NCBI GenBank assembly: GCA_965213625.1
Contig: CBDBZU010000004.1
Span: forward strand, 736,001-800,000
From: a bacterium
Lineage (GTDB): Bacteria > UBA8248
Reading direction: 5' to 3'
Length of the DNA: 64,000 nt
Part shown: positions 10,787 through 20,218 of the stretch, in pieces
Layout: each line of letters starts with the position of its first letter
Numbering within the stretch: the first letter of the stretch is position 1
The notes under the pieces: model-generated
The model's database searches: none
Seen by the model: only the letters and a program-made list of their open reading frames with translations
Told to the model about the DNA's origin: nothing
Program-made: the position numbers and the translations under genes

Positions 10787-11178
10787 ATGTGGTTCCTCTT
10801 CTCAAAGCATCCGGCCTCTCTTCCCCTGCGAAAGGTTCGTCGCTGGTCCGCACGGCTCGATGGATAACAGGTGAGAATCACACAATCCACCATCACGATC
10901 TTGAGTTGCTTTCCGCTCAGGCGATCAATCTGTCGAATCTCACCTTCAAGAACGGCAATCTGGCGATCTATAGCCCCCGCCCGTGGAAATCTGTGTTTCA
11001 GCCGCTGGACAATGCGCTTACGCGCAGTGATTTCACGATTCGCATCTTTCCGCCTTATGAGCCACTCGGCGGGGCCAATCTGCGTCCCCCATGTCAACAC
11101 CATTTCGACATCCTCATCCCGAACCGCGCGCTGGCTCATGCGTGTCATGGCGTGGTCGGTTATTTTGTAATTAGGCAT
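10783..11178 (-). CDS. DUF4258-like small basic protein (RelE-like fold candidate)
   Basis: ITDHAMTRMSQRAV is the DUF4258-type N-terminus; AAGGAG RBS; ATG at 11178 overlaps the XRE stop. Confidence 0.75.
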   Translation of the reverse strand: MPNYKITDHAMTRMSQRAVRDEDVEMVLTWGTQIGPAEWLIRRKDANREITARKRIVQRLKHRFPRAGAIDRQIAVLEGEIRQIDRLSGKQLKIVMVDCVILTCYPSSRADQRRTFRRGREAGCFEKRNHI

Positions 11179-12124
11179 TTTCGTCTCCTTTCTTGGAGAA
11201 TTCATCGGTATCACCAGAAATATCAAGAGAACCAATCCAGTTTTCATATTCAGACCAGTCCTCATCGGGCACTTTCGATTCCAGCCATTTGACGCGCTTG
11301 GTAGTAACATCCTCATCTACCCCCCGAAGCTCTTTGGGTATTTTGCTTATACGAGTATATCCATGCGAAAGGGCGTGAGCGGCCCGAGCGGAGTCGCCCG
11401 TGAGGCTTTTTCGGTATGACTCGAAAAGACTGAAACTCGGCAAATCGTCGAAATTGCCGAGATTATGGATTTCCTCAGGCTCGATTGCGTCGTTGTCGGG
11501 GAGGCTTTTGGCCTGTTCGATCAGGAAGTCGTTGAAGGGGTTTCGGACATCTTCATTATAGTAACTTTCGTTTAAATCGTGCTTATCTATATGGCGCGTG
11601 AAGATATCGCGCTGGCCAATAGATGCTTTCTCTTCGTCGAGTGCCGGCCAGTTGCGCTCAATGAGGTGATTAGGGAAATCTTCTAAAGCTGCTTCCAGTT
11701 CCTCAAGACGGCGACGGCGTTCGGCTAGACTCATCTCGGCAAAAAGGGTGAAGAGCAACGGCGCCGTTTTTATGATCTGCCTCGTTTCAACGCCGTACTG
11801 CTCCGCCACTAAGCCGTACGTGAGGATCGTTTCGCCATCGAGTACCAGTTTGATTGGCCGCAAGCCGTATTTTTGAAGTTCCTGCTCTCGCACCGCTTCG
11901 GACTCAGGCTCCTGAGCCAGTATCTCAGGCTTGACCCGTAAGGCTTTAGCAAGTTCCTGCACGGTAGAGCCACGTGTCCCACCTCCTTTTCCGCTTTCGA
12001 TACGGGCAATCGTTTTTTTCGAGACGCCCGTTTCAGTTGCATCCGCTAACGTCTGCTGACTGAAACCGTTTTTATTCCGTAACTTCTTGAGGGTTTCTGG
12101 ATTAATTTGCATTGCAATCTCCAT
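11171..12124 (-). CDS. XRE-family HTH protein with a large uncharacterised C-terminal domain
   Basis: LKKLRNKNGFSQQTLAD..VSKKTIARIESG HTH; acidic C-terminal region. Confidence 0.85.
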   Translation of the reverse strand: MEIAMQINPETLKKLRNKNGFSQQTLADATETGVSKKTIARIESGKGGGTRGSTVQELAKALRVKPEILAQEPESEAVREQELQKYGLRPIKLVLDGETILTYGLVAEQYGVETRQIIKTAPLLFTLFAEMSLAERRRRLEELEAALEDFPNHLIERNWPALDEEKASIGQRDIFTRHIDKHDLNESYYNEDVRNPFNDFLIEQAKSLPDNDAIEPEEIHNLGNFDDLPSFSLFESYRKSLTGDSARAAHALSHGYTRISKIPKELRGVDEDVTTKRVKWLESKVPDEDWSEYENWIGSLDISGDTDEFSKKGDENA

Positions 12125-12385
12125 GTTGAGAAATCCTAGTTCCTTCCTTCTGGGAAATAATATACGTCCTCATATACCATAGTCGCAATACCAAATATGA
12201 AGTTAATTACATCAATATTTAATGTTTTTAATTGAGGATATACCGATATATGTCCGCATAATGAGAAATTATAGGAGTCATTATATCGACGGCCCTGGAA
12301 GATACACATTCTCTAGACACTTTGGGGACAATCCCACCGCTCAAAGCGGATCGCCAATTCTACGTAATCATCCACTCTTGTCGCT

Positions 12386-12520
12386 CTGGATTCCGGCATG
12401 CGCCGGAATGACGGTGATATCGAGGTTTTGAGTCTGTAGGGACAGGTCGCGACCTGTCCCTACGGTTGCTCTACAAAGATTTCCCGCAACATACGGGCGG
12501 ACACGTAGGTCCGCCCCTAC
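12386..12520. repeat. Cluster of REP-like palindromes
   Basis: ATTCCGGCATGCGCCGGAAT hairpin; perfect palindrome GTAGGGACAGGTCGCGACCTGTCCCTAC (12436-12463); GGGCGGACACGTAGGTCCGCCCCTAC. Confidence 0.85.
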
Positions 12521-12737
12521 CAGAACCATCACGCTCAAAAATCGCAAAACCTTCTCTCCTCGGTCGGCAATTCCTCGCTTCTCGCTCTGCAATCGCTCCC
12601 GCATGGGTCGCGATTGACCCACCCCTTCCCCATCACACCAAAGGGCGGTATCATGCCCGCAAAAATCGAGACGCAATCTTTATCAGGGACATCTCGCTTC
12701 CGGGGCGATCCGGAAGCGTCGCAGGGAGGAAATACCC

Positions 12738-13481
12738 ATGAAGCTAAAGGACAAGGTCGCCATCGTCACGGGCGGCTCGCAGGGAATCGGCGAGGCCGTC
12801 TGCCGCCGTTTCGCGGAAGAAGGCGCCAAGGTCGCGGTCGTGAACAGAACGGCGGAAAAAGGAGAGGCGCTGGCGGCGGAAATAGGCGATGCGGCCAGGG
12901 CGTTCCCGTGCGACGTGTCGGTAAAGTCGGCGGTGGACGCCATGGTGGCCGACGTGGTGGAGGCGTTCGGCACGGTGGACATCCTCGTCGGCAACCACGG
13001 CATCATGATCAACAAGGAACTCGAAGCCTACAGCGAGCAGGAATGGGACGACACCATCGACATTAATCTCAAGGGCAACTTCCTGCTCTCCCAGGCCGTC
13101 GTGCCCATCATGAAGGAGAAGAAGTACGGGAAGATCGTCTTCATGGCCTCCATCGCCGCCACCCACGCCTTTCCCAACGCGGTGCCCTACTGCGCGAGCA
13201 AGGGCGGGGTGTACATGATCACGCGCGCGCTGGCCGCGGAGATATCCAAATGCGGCATCAACGTGAACTGCATCTCGCCGGGCAACACGGCCACGCCGCT
13301 GAACCAGCACCTACAGGACGACCCCGAGTTCGTGAAGCTCATGGCGAGCTACACCCCAACGGGCCGGGCCTACATCACCACGGCGGAGATGGCGGGCGCC
13401 GCGGTGTTCCTGGCCTCGGACGACGCGAGCGCGGTGCACGGCCTGGACCTCATCGTGGACGACGGCTGGTGCGCGATTTAG
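12738..13481 (+). CDS. SDR family oxidoreductase
   Basis: TGGSQGIG, YCASK, VNCISPG. Confidence 0.95.
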   Translation: MKLKDKVAIVTGGSQGIGEAVCRRFAEEGAKVAVVNRTAEKGEALAAEIGDAARAFPCDVSVKSAVDAMVADVVEAFGTVDILVGNHGIMINKELEAYSEQEWDDTIDINLKGNFLLSQAVVPIMKEKKYGKIVFMASIAATHAFPNAVPYCASKGGVYMITRALAAEISKCGINVNCISPGNTATPLNQHLQDDPEFVKLMASYTPTGRAYITTAEMAGAAVFLASDDASAVHGLDLIVDDGWCAI

Positions 13482-13501
13482 AGCGGGACTGACAAACCGA
13501 T

Positions 13502-14398
13502 ATGCCAGGCGCGCCCAAACCCGTCACGACGCCCGCGCTCGAAATCGGCTATCTGGAGGCGGGCGACGAGACGGCCCCGCCCGTCATCCTCGTGCACGGC
13601 TTCCCGGACGACGCGAGGACGTGGGACCGCGTCACTCCCATCCTGAACGACGCGGGCCTGAGGACACTCTGCCCCTACGTGCGCGGCTACGGACCGACGC
13701 GGTTCCTAGACACCGCCACTCCCAGAAGCGCCCAGTACACCGCTATCGCTTCGGACATCACGGCTTTCGCCGACGCGCTGGAACTCGAGCGCTTCACCCT
13801 CGTGGGGCACGACTGGGGGGCGCGCGCTTCTTACTGTATAGCGGCCATGCGGCCCAAACGGCTGAACGCGCTCATCGTGAGCCCCGCAGGCTACGGCACG
13901 GGCCGCCCCCAGCAGCAGATGTCGGTCGATCAGGTGCGCGCTTACTGGTACCAGTGGTTTTTCTGCACGAGCCGCGGCCGCGATGCGCTGGGGGAAGATG
14001 CCGCCGGTTTCTGCAGCGAACTCTGGCGGACGTGGTCGCCGGGGTGGGATTTCACGGACGCTGAATTCGAGGCCACTGCGCGGTCTTTCGGGAACCCCGA
14101 TTTCGTTGATATCGTCATGCACTCCTACCGCTACCGCTGGGGGTATGAGCAGCCGGACCCACGCTATGAGGACGCGGAGAGCTTCATGGCGGGCCTGCCG
14201 GACATCTCCGTGCCGACGGTTCTCATTCAAGGCGCCGAGGACGGGGCGTCGCGGCCCGAGAGTTCGGAGGGCAAGGAGGGGCATTTCACGGGCGGCTACC
14301 GAAGGATTCTCGTGGAAGGCGCGGGACACTTCGCACAGCGCGAGAAACCGGAGGTCTTCGCCGCCGCGATTCTCGAAATCGCTAAAAGGGACGTTTAA
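13502..14398 (+). CDS. Alpha/beta hydrolase (epoxide hydrolase-like)
   Basis: HGFP, GHDWGA, GHF motifs. Confidence 0.92.
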   Translation: MPGAPKPVTTPALEIGYLEAGDETAPPVILVHGFPDDARTWDRVTPILNDAGLRTLCPYVRGYGPTRFLDTATPRSAQYTAIASDITAFADALELERFTLVGHDWGARASYCIAAMRPKRLNALIVSPAGYGTGRPQQQMSVDQVRAYWYQWFFCTSRGRDALGEDAAGFCSELWRTWSPGWDFTDAEFEATARSFGNPDFVDIVMHSYRYRWGYEQPDPRYEDAESFMAGLPDISVPTVLIQGAEDGASRPESSEGKEGHFTGGYRRILVEGAGHFAQREKPEVFAAAILEIAKRDV

Positions 14399-14402
14399 TT
14401 CT

Positions 14403-15283
14403 GTGTCTTATATCTGTTATGTGAACGGCGAATATACGCCGGCCTCAGAAGCCAGGGTCTCCGCCTTCGACCACGGGTTTTTGTACGGGGACGGGCTTTT
14501 CGAGTCGATGACGGTCGTGAACCGGCGCATCTTCCGGTTTGAGGATCACCTGGACCGCATGGAACGATCGGCGCGCGCCTTAAAGCTCGAACTCCCCGAG
14601 ACGCGCGAGCGGATCGCCGAAATCGTCAAGGAATGCGTCCGACGCTCCGGCATTGACGACGTATACCTGCGCGTTGTCGTCTCGCGCGGTGCGGGCTATC
14701 CCCTGCTGGACCCGAGGGTAACGGATAAGGCGACGCTCGCCGTGCTCCTCCACGACCCCGCGCCTCCGCCCGAGACGGGTTCGAGCTACAAGGCGAAGGG
14801 CGCAGGCTTACGGCTCAAGACGGCGGGCGTGCGCAAGGTGCCCTCGGAATCCTTCGAGGCGCGGGTGAAATCACTCAATTACCTCAACAACGTGATGGCG
14901 AGAATCGAGGCCGTGGAAGCGGGATTCGATGAGGCGATTCTACTGGATATGCGCGGCTTCGTGGCGGAAGCGCCGGGGAGAACGTCTTCGTTGTCAAAGA
15001 CGACGCGCTGAGAACACCCAACGCTCATAACGTGCTCGACGGCATTACCCGAAAAGTCGTACTCGAAATCGCAACGCGACAGGGGATTCCGGCGGAAGAG
15101 GCCGACCTCACGCTCTATGACCTCTACACGGCGGATGAGTGTTTTCTCACTTCATCCTTCAGCCGGGTGCACGCGGTGGCCGAGGTGGACGGGCGGCCCA
15201 TCCCCGCACCCGGCCCGATCACGCAAAGGCTGCGCGCCGAGGTGCTCGAGATGGAAAAAACGCAAGGCGAACCGATAGACTGA
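14403..15283 (+). pseudogene. ilvE: Class IV PLP aminotransferase (IlvE-like), frameshifted near 14975
   Basis: FDHGFLYGDGLFE, KSLNYLNN, then GCGCCGGGGAGAAC; adding one G restores EAPGENVF and joins to LDGITR...ECFLTSS. May be a homopolymer sequencing error. Confidence 0.82.
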
Positions 15284-15369
15284 AGCGCGCGTCCCCATTC
15301 CGTCGAGGCGGGAAACCGCCCCGGGATTCCGGCGCGCCGAACGCGCATGGCCCATGAAACAGGAGAAGC

Positions 15370-15711
15370 ATGAAAATGGCGACGATGGAGGATTTTGAGG
15401 AACTGGACATCCGCCTCGGCCGCGTGGTCGAGGCGGCGGATTTTCCCGAAGCGCGGAAACCGGCTTATCGGCTCCGTATCGATTTCGGCGAAGAACTGGG
15501 GATCAAGAAATCATCCGCCCAGCTCGTCGCGCTATATTCCAAAGAAGAACTCGTGGGAAAGCTCGTGCTCGCCGTGGTGAATTTTCCGCCGAGGCAGATA
15601 GGGCCCTTCATGTCCGAAGTCCTCACACTCGGTGTACCGGACGCGCAAGGCGAGGTGGTGCTCATCGCGCCGGATGACAAGGGGGCGGTTCTAGGCGGGC
15701 GGTTGTTCTAG
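15370..15711 (+). CDS. csaA: CsaA tRNA-binding/export chaperone
   Basis: FPEARKPAY, KKSSAQ, VVNFPPRQIGPFMSEVLTLG. Confidence 0.93.
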   Translation: MKMATMEDFEELDIRLGRVVEAADFPEARKPAYRLRIDFGEELGIKKSSAQLVALYSKEELVGKLVLAVVNFPPRQIGPFMSEVLTLGVPDAQGEVVLIAPDDKGAVLGGRLF

Positions 15712-15823
15712 GTCGAAGCCGACTGTGGAGGGGTTGTTGAAAAAGCCTGATTTCGCGTTTCCGCGTATGCAACTTACCGGAGAGGAAGGAGACAACACTT
15801 TCCCCATGTAGAGTACTCAACAA

Positions 15824-15997
15824 TCACTCCCCCCTTGAGGGGGTCGGGCTTTCCCCTTGGGAAGCCCGACAGAAGCCGAGCGTTTTTACGAAGGTTGATG
15901 CGGTGGGGGGTGAATTGCGTTTTATCGCCACTCCGAATCATACCCCCCACCGAATCGCTTTCGGGCTTACGCCCTCAGCTCTTCGACTCCCCCTCAA
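15824..15997. repeat. Composite REP/MITE-like element interrupted by the IS (right arm completes at 17518-17533)
   Basis: Begins TCACTCCCCCCTTGAGGGGG and, with the IS removed, ends CCCCCTCAAGGGGGGAGTGA; internal hairpins TCGGGCTT..AAGCCCGA and CGGTGGGGGGT..ACCCCCCACCG. Confidence 0.75.
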
Positions 15998-17517
15998 GGG
16001 TCTGTTGAAAAACCCCTTTTTTGAAGCGGGTGTTCTGGCGGTTCACGCGGCGGCGGGGAGGGATCCCAATCAGCGCGCGAGGGCGCGATGAACGCGCAGA
16101 CGGCGTCTCCGGGCGGCGTAGGCCCTCCAGAGGGCGAATATACGCGCCGCAAAAGCGGCGGCCAGCCGCTTGAGGTTCACCGCAGTCGCCGTCAGGTAGG
16201 ACTGAATCTTCATGTTCGCAAGGCCCCGACGCACCGCCCGCCCCAGTCCGTGCCAACTCTTCGCTTCCCCGTGATAACCCTCCGAGCGCCCCATGTGCCG
16301 GCGCCACAGCCGGCGCTCCTCCTCCCCCCAACGCGCATGCCGCCGGCGCGCGCGCAACAGCGCCAGATACGCGTTGGGAATCAAAACCTCCTTGCTCGAC
16401 CGCGCCTGCGGCAGACAATCCGCCCGGAGCGCGCAGCCCGCGCAATCACGCGTCCTCGAACCATAGTAGCGCCCCCGCTCCTCGCTCCGCCGGGGGCGAA
16501 GCTTCTTGCCGCGCGGACACTTCACCAAGTCGTGGCGCGCGTCGTAGCGGAACAGCCGCAACGGAACACGGCTCTGCGTGGGTTCTTTCTTCGCCGGTAT
16601 CACCCCCGCCACGCCCAGAGGCTCCAACGCCGCGTAGACCTTCGAGTACGCATACCCCGAATCCGCCGTCACCACCGAGGGCGCGCGGCCCGACAACTCG
16701 CTTACCGCCTCTATATGGGACGCCATCATCTCACGCTCGTTCAACGTCCCCTCCGTCACCGTCACGTCGAGAACCACGCCCCGCTCATCGTCCACCGCCG
16801 CGTGGTGCTTGTAGCTCGGCTCGAACCTCGCCCGCGCGCTCTTGCGCGCGAGCCGCGCGTCGGGGTCTGTCCGGCTCACCGGTCCCCCGCCGCCGCGGCC
16901 TCCGCCCTTCTTCCCGCTCTTCTCCTCCACGGGGTTCTCCCGAATCACCTTCTCCGCATGATGCGCCGCCAGACTATCCCAGCTCACGTCCGCGCGTATC
17001 AACGAGGCGTCCACGTGAACCACCTCCCCCTTCGCCACATTCGCCTCCAGGCACGCCTGCACCGTCCGGCGGAATATCGCCCGGAACCGAGCCTCCCCCC
17101 AACGCTGACGAATCCGCGTCAGGCTCGAATGGTCCGGCAACTCCTCGTGCAGCCCGTATCCGATGAACCACCGGATCGCCAGATGCGCCTTCGCTTCACG
17201 AAGCAGGCGACGGTCGTGAACGTAGCCCAGCAGAAGACCCGCCAGCATCAGGCGAACCGCCACCTCCGGGTCGATACCCGGACGACCGTTGTCCGCGCAA
17301 TAGCAATCCGCCACCTCCTCCCGAAGCCAACTCAAATCCAGCACCTCATGCACGCGGTACAGAACGTGATCCTCGGGGATCAGCCGATCCAGCGAACCGG
17401 CCACGAACAAATCCATCTGCTCGCGCCTCTTCCTGCCTATCATCGAGGGAACTCCCATCTCGGGCGAGATAGTGTCCTTACACCCAATCATAATACCGGG
17501 GGTTTTTCAACAGGCCC
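15998..17517 (-). mobile_element. IS1182-family insertion sequence
   Basis: Terminal IRs GGGTCTGTTGAAAAACCCC / GGGGTTTTTCAACAGGCCC; flanking direct repeat CTCAA (15993-15997, 17518-17522). Confidence 0.92.
16070..17443 (-). CDS. IS1182-family DDE transposase
   Basis: GRPGIDPEV, LPDHSSLTRIRQR, HVDAS, TDPDA, ADSGY, Cys cluster CPRG..CAGCALRADC, EAKSWHGL. Confidence 0.92.
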   Translation of the reverse strand: MIGRKRREQMDLFVAGSLDRLIPEDHVLYRVHEVLDLSWLREEVADCYCADNGRPGIDPEVAVRLMLAGLLLGYVHDRRLLREAKAHLAIRWFIGYGLHEELPDHSSLTRIRQRWGEARFRAIFRRTVQACLEANVAKGEVVHVDASLIRADVSWDSLAAHHAEKVIRENPVEEKSGKKGGGRGGGGPVSRTDPDARLARKSARARFEPSYKHHAAVDDERGVVLDVTVTEGTLNEREMMASHIEAVSELSGRAPSVVTADSGYAYSKVYAALEPLGVAGVIPAKKEPTQSRVPLRLFRYDARHDLVKCPRGKKLRPRRSEERGRYYGSRTRDCAGCALRADCLPQARSSKEVLIPNAYLALLRARRRHARWGEEERRLWRRHMGRSEGYHGEAKSWHGLGRAVRRGLANMKIQSYLTATAVNLKRLAAAFAARIFALWRAYAARRRRLRVHRALAR

Positions 17518-17592
17518 CTCAAGGGGGGAGTGAAACAATAGATTCTTGAAAGTTGTTCTAGGTTAAATCCGACCCAACGCCCCGGAGCGGCT

Positions 17593-18144
17593 TCAGGGGT
17601 TGCATTTGATAGGTTCCATGCGCGTGCCCTCACACTTGGAAAGCATGCGCTCCAGGACCTCCTTCTCGCGCCGGTCGATCGTCAATCCGTAAGACCGCCG
17701 CACCTCTACCACCCGGTTCGCAAACCAGCATTGGTTTTGAGGAGGAAGCCACTCGGCGGCGTCCTTGCCGCTCTTTTGATATCGGTTGACACTCGGCGAG
17801 GCAAGCGTCAAGTTGCGCAGGTCGCTAGCAAATCGGAGGCGCTCCACCCGGCTGCGTGAACACAGACCCGAGTCGTGCGCCTCGCTGGTAGCAACAATGT
17901 GCTCGATGTCCGTCTCACGTCTGGAAGTAAAGCACTTTTTCGTGTAGGGACCGTACACCGCTCCCAGACGCTTCACGATCTTCCGCTCCAGAGCCTGCGA
18001 ATAACGATAATCCTTCTTCCTGTTGTATGGAGAACAACGAATTTCAGGAGTCACCACAAGGCCGCGCCATGTCTCCGCCATGGAAACGCCAGCCGTCAAC
18101 ACGCACGTCAGCGCGGCGCTGGCGCAGATGCTCCAAATATTCAT
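17593..18144 (-). CDS. Secreted HNH / DUF1524-like nuclease
   Basis: Signal peptide; DIEHIV, NLTLASPSVNRYQKSGKDAAEWLP. Confidence 0.8.
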   Translation of the reverse strand: MNIWSICASAALTCVLTAGVSMAETWRGLVVTPEIRCSPYNRKKDYRYSQALERKIVKRLGAVYGPYTKKCFTSRRETDIEHIVATSEAHDSGLCSRSRVERLRFASDLRNLTLASPSVNRYQKSGKDAAEWLPPQNQCWFANRVVEVRRSYGLTIDRREKEVLERMLSKCEGTRMEPIKCNP

Positions 18145-18251
18145 CGTTGGGTCCTCAGTAGAGGGCTTAATGGCCCTCCGTCGATACGTGTTTACGCTCC
18201 TCTGTCAGCTATAGAACAAACCTCGTGATTATTATTTATACGACGTGACGC

Positions 18252-19145
18252 TTACGTCAAATCGGGACGCTCCTCGTCCTGGTAATGCTCCAAGCCCTTG
18301 GGCGCGGTGCCGTTGTTGCGTAGCACGTGCATGGGCGCGGGCGTGAGGGGATGCCACTGCGTTTCCTCAGGCGGCTCTGGCCACTCATGAGAGAGGTGGC
18401 GGTAGGCGTTCGGGCTATCCGCGGCTTCCAGATGCGCGCACATATCGTCGCAAACCGCGCGCTGACCGACCCTGTCACCCACGTCTCCCAGCATGCGCCC
18501 GAAGGGATACTGGATGAAGACCGCCCTCGGCACGCATACCTTCTCCGATACTTCGGGCTGGTTGCATATCGAGACGGTGGCGATTCCCAACTCTTCCAAT
18601 CTTCTCTGCAGCAGGCTCACGGACCGCATGCAGAGCGGTCAGACGGGGATGAGAAAGGCCGCGTCCACGCCCTCGGAGTGCATCTTCTCCGCCATCAGGG
18701 GGGCCGTCTTCTTCATCAGGGGATGGAAGTTGGGCGTATAGCCCATCGTGGAATAAAGGGTGTCGGCGAGCGCGCCGATTTTCCCCTCGCGCTCGTAGTC
18801 CAGGAAGATATCCACCGGAAACGCGGTGTTCCTGTCTTTTTGCAGATACTCGGTGTTGATGTGCAGGTGCGAGTATTCACAGTCGTCCTGGGCGGCCGTT
18901 TTCGGAATCTCCCGGTGCGTGGGGTCCCCCCAGTGCGGCTCGCGCCACTCGCGCTCATAGTCGAATGAGACGTCTCCCTTCATGAATATGCCGGCAGTTG
19001 AGACGAGGGTGACCTTGCATTCAGAGAGCGGTTTTCCCAGCGGCGTCCACGGTGTCTTGGCCGGGTCGGCGGGCCGCATGGCGCCGATGCGCTTCTTGCT
19101 GCCGGGGTAATAGACGTATCCATCGACTTCCGTGATCGGTGACAT
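18252..19145 (-). CDS. GrdB/PrdB-like (glycine/sarcosine/betaine/proline reductase component B family) selenoprotein with UxxC motif
   Basis: ORFs 18639-19145 and 18252-18629 share one frame, separated only by TGA (18639-18641): FLIPV-U-PLCMRSVSLLQRRLEELGIATV; N-terminal VTLVSTAG and DRNTAFPVD. Confidence 0.88.
18604..18635 (-). promoter_or_regulatory. Putative bacterial SECIS hairpin
   Basis: CTCTGCA-TGCGGTCCGTGAGCCTGC-TGCAGAG stem-loop starting 3 nt after the UGA. Confidence 0.65.
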
Positions 19146-19165
19146 GGGGTCTTACTCCTTTCGAA

Positions 19166-19996
19166 TCAATAATTCGTATACAGGACGCACAAAAGCTCAT
19201 TCGCCAGTTCCGCATTTCCTTCGACCTCGAGGCGGCCCGCGGCCTCCATGGCGCTGCGCTTCGCGCGTCCATACAACAAGAGCAGGTGCGCCTCGCCGTC
19301 CGCCGTGATGATGGCGTCGTGCGCGCCTGAAGTATCAGCGGAATTTTCCGCCTTCTCGCCGGTGACGGTGATAGTCCATTCGCGATCGGGCGTCTTCGAG
19401 CGGAACAGGAATCGGCCGTCGAAGGGCGGGTTCTCACGGACGCCGAAAAGACGGCTCTGGCTCTCGGGCAGGAAGGTCATGGCCCCCTCCACGCCGTCTG
19501 CGGAAACGCAGGCTTCCGCGTCTTCTCCGTAGCGGATATCCCAGTCGTGCGCCACGAGTTCGACGAGCCTGAGTCCGATCCAGGCGTCCAGCCGCGTCAG
19601 GCCCCGGGGGTGAAAGCCGAGCTTGCCCAGGTCGTCCGCGGTGATGTCCGCAAGCGCGTCGTTCACCCCAGAGGCTGTGGCGTCGAACGCATCCATCATC
19701 CCGTCGCGGGGCATGGCCATGAGTTCATCGCCCTTCGCGGCGCGGATGGCGAAAAACTCCTTCACATTTTTTCCGTAAGGGGGTTCTGGCGGAAGGCCAT
19801 CGAGCGCCCGGCAAATCGAGTTCGTGTAAAAATCACCCCCCGTCGCCAGATGGGAGACGGCGTGCTGCGCCTGCCAGCCGGGGCAGAACGTGTCCACCTC
19901 CCAGCGCGCTTCGGTAAAGCCGCGCCAGTACGCCGAGAGGCGTTCGGTTTCCGATTTCACCAGGGCGACTCGAGAAAGTTGTTCTTCGGGACTCAC
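19166..19996 (-). CDS. Maleylpyruvate isomerase-like (MDMPI/DinB superfamily) protein with C-terminal SCP2-like domain
   Basis: TFCPGWQAQHAVSHL and ELVAHDWDIR metal-binding motifs; GGAGG RBS before GTG 19996. Confidence 0.85.
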   Translation of the reverse strand: MSPEEQLSRVALVKSETERLSAYWRGFTEARWEVDTFCPGWQAQHAVSHLATGGDFYTNSICRALDGLPPEPPYGKNVKEFFAIRAAKGDELMAMPRDGMMDAFDATASGVNDALADITADDLGKLGFHPRGLTRLDAWIGLRLVELVAHDWDIRYGEDAEACVSADGVEGAMTFLPESQSRLFGVRENPPFDGRFLFRSKTPDREWTITVTGEKAENSADTSGAHDAIITADGEAHLLLLYGRAKRSAMEAAGRLEVEGNAELANELLCVLYTNY

Positions 19997-20218
19997 GTGG
20001 GCGCACCTCCGTATCACGAAATCGCGATTGTCTTTGAAAAAGAAATCCCCATCTCTTGAATGGGGAGAGGGCTTAAGTATTGCGAAAGCCGGGGCCGCTG
20101 GCAAGGCCCGCAAGCTGGCGGGTGAGGGGGGAGTTCTGCTAGGTTAGGGCCTTGGGTCAAGGAGCGCGGCGAGGCGGAATCTCCCGGCAGCCGCTCTCTT
20201 TTCAGGAGACGAAAATCC

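Noticed and set aside
16088-17533. 481-aa ORF antisense to the transposase
   Set aside because: Shadow ORF from GC-rich codon bias; Arg/Pro/His-rich with no motifs.
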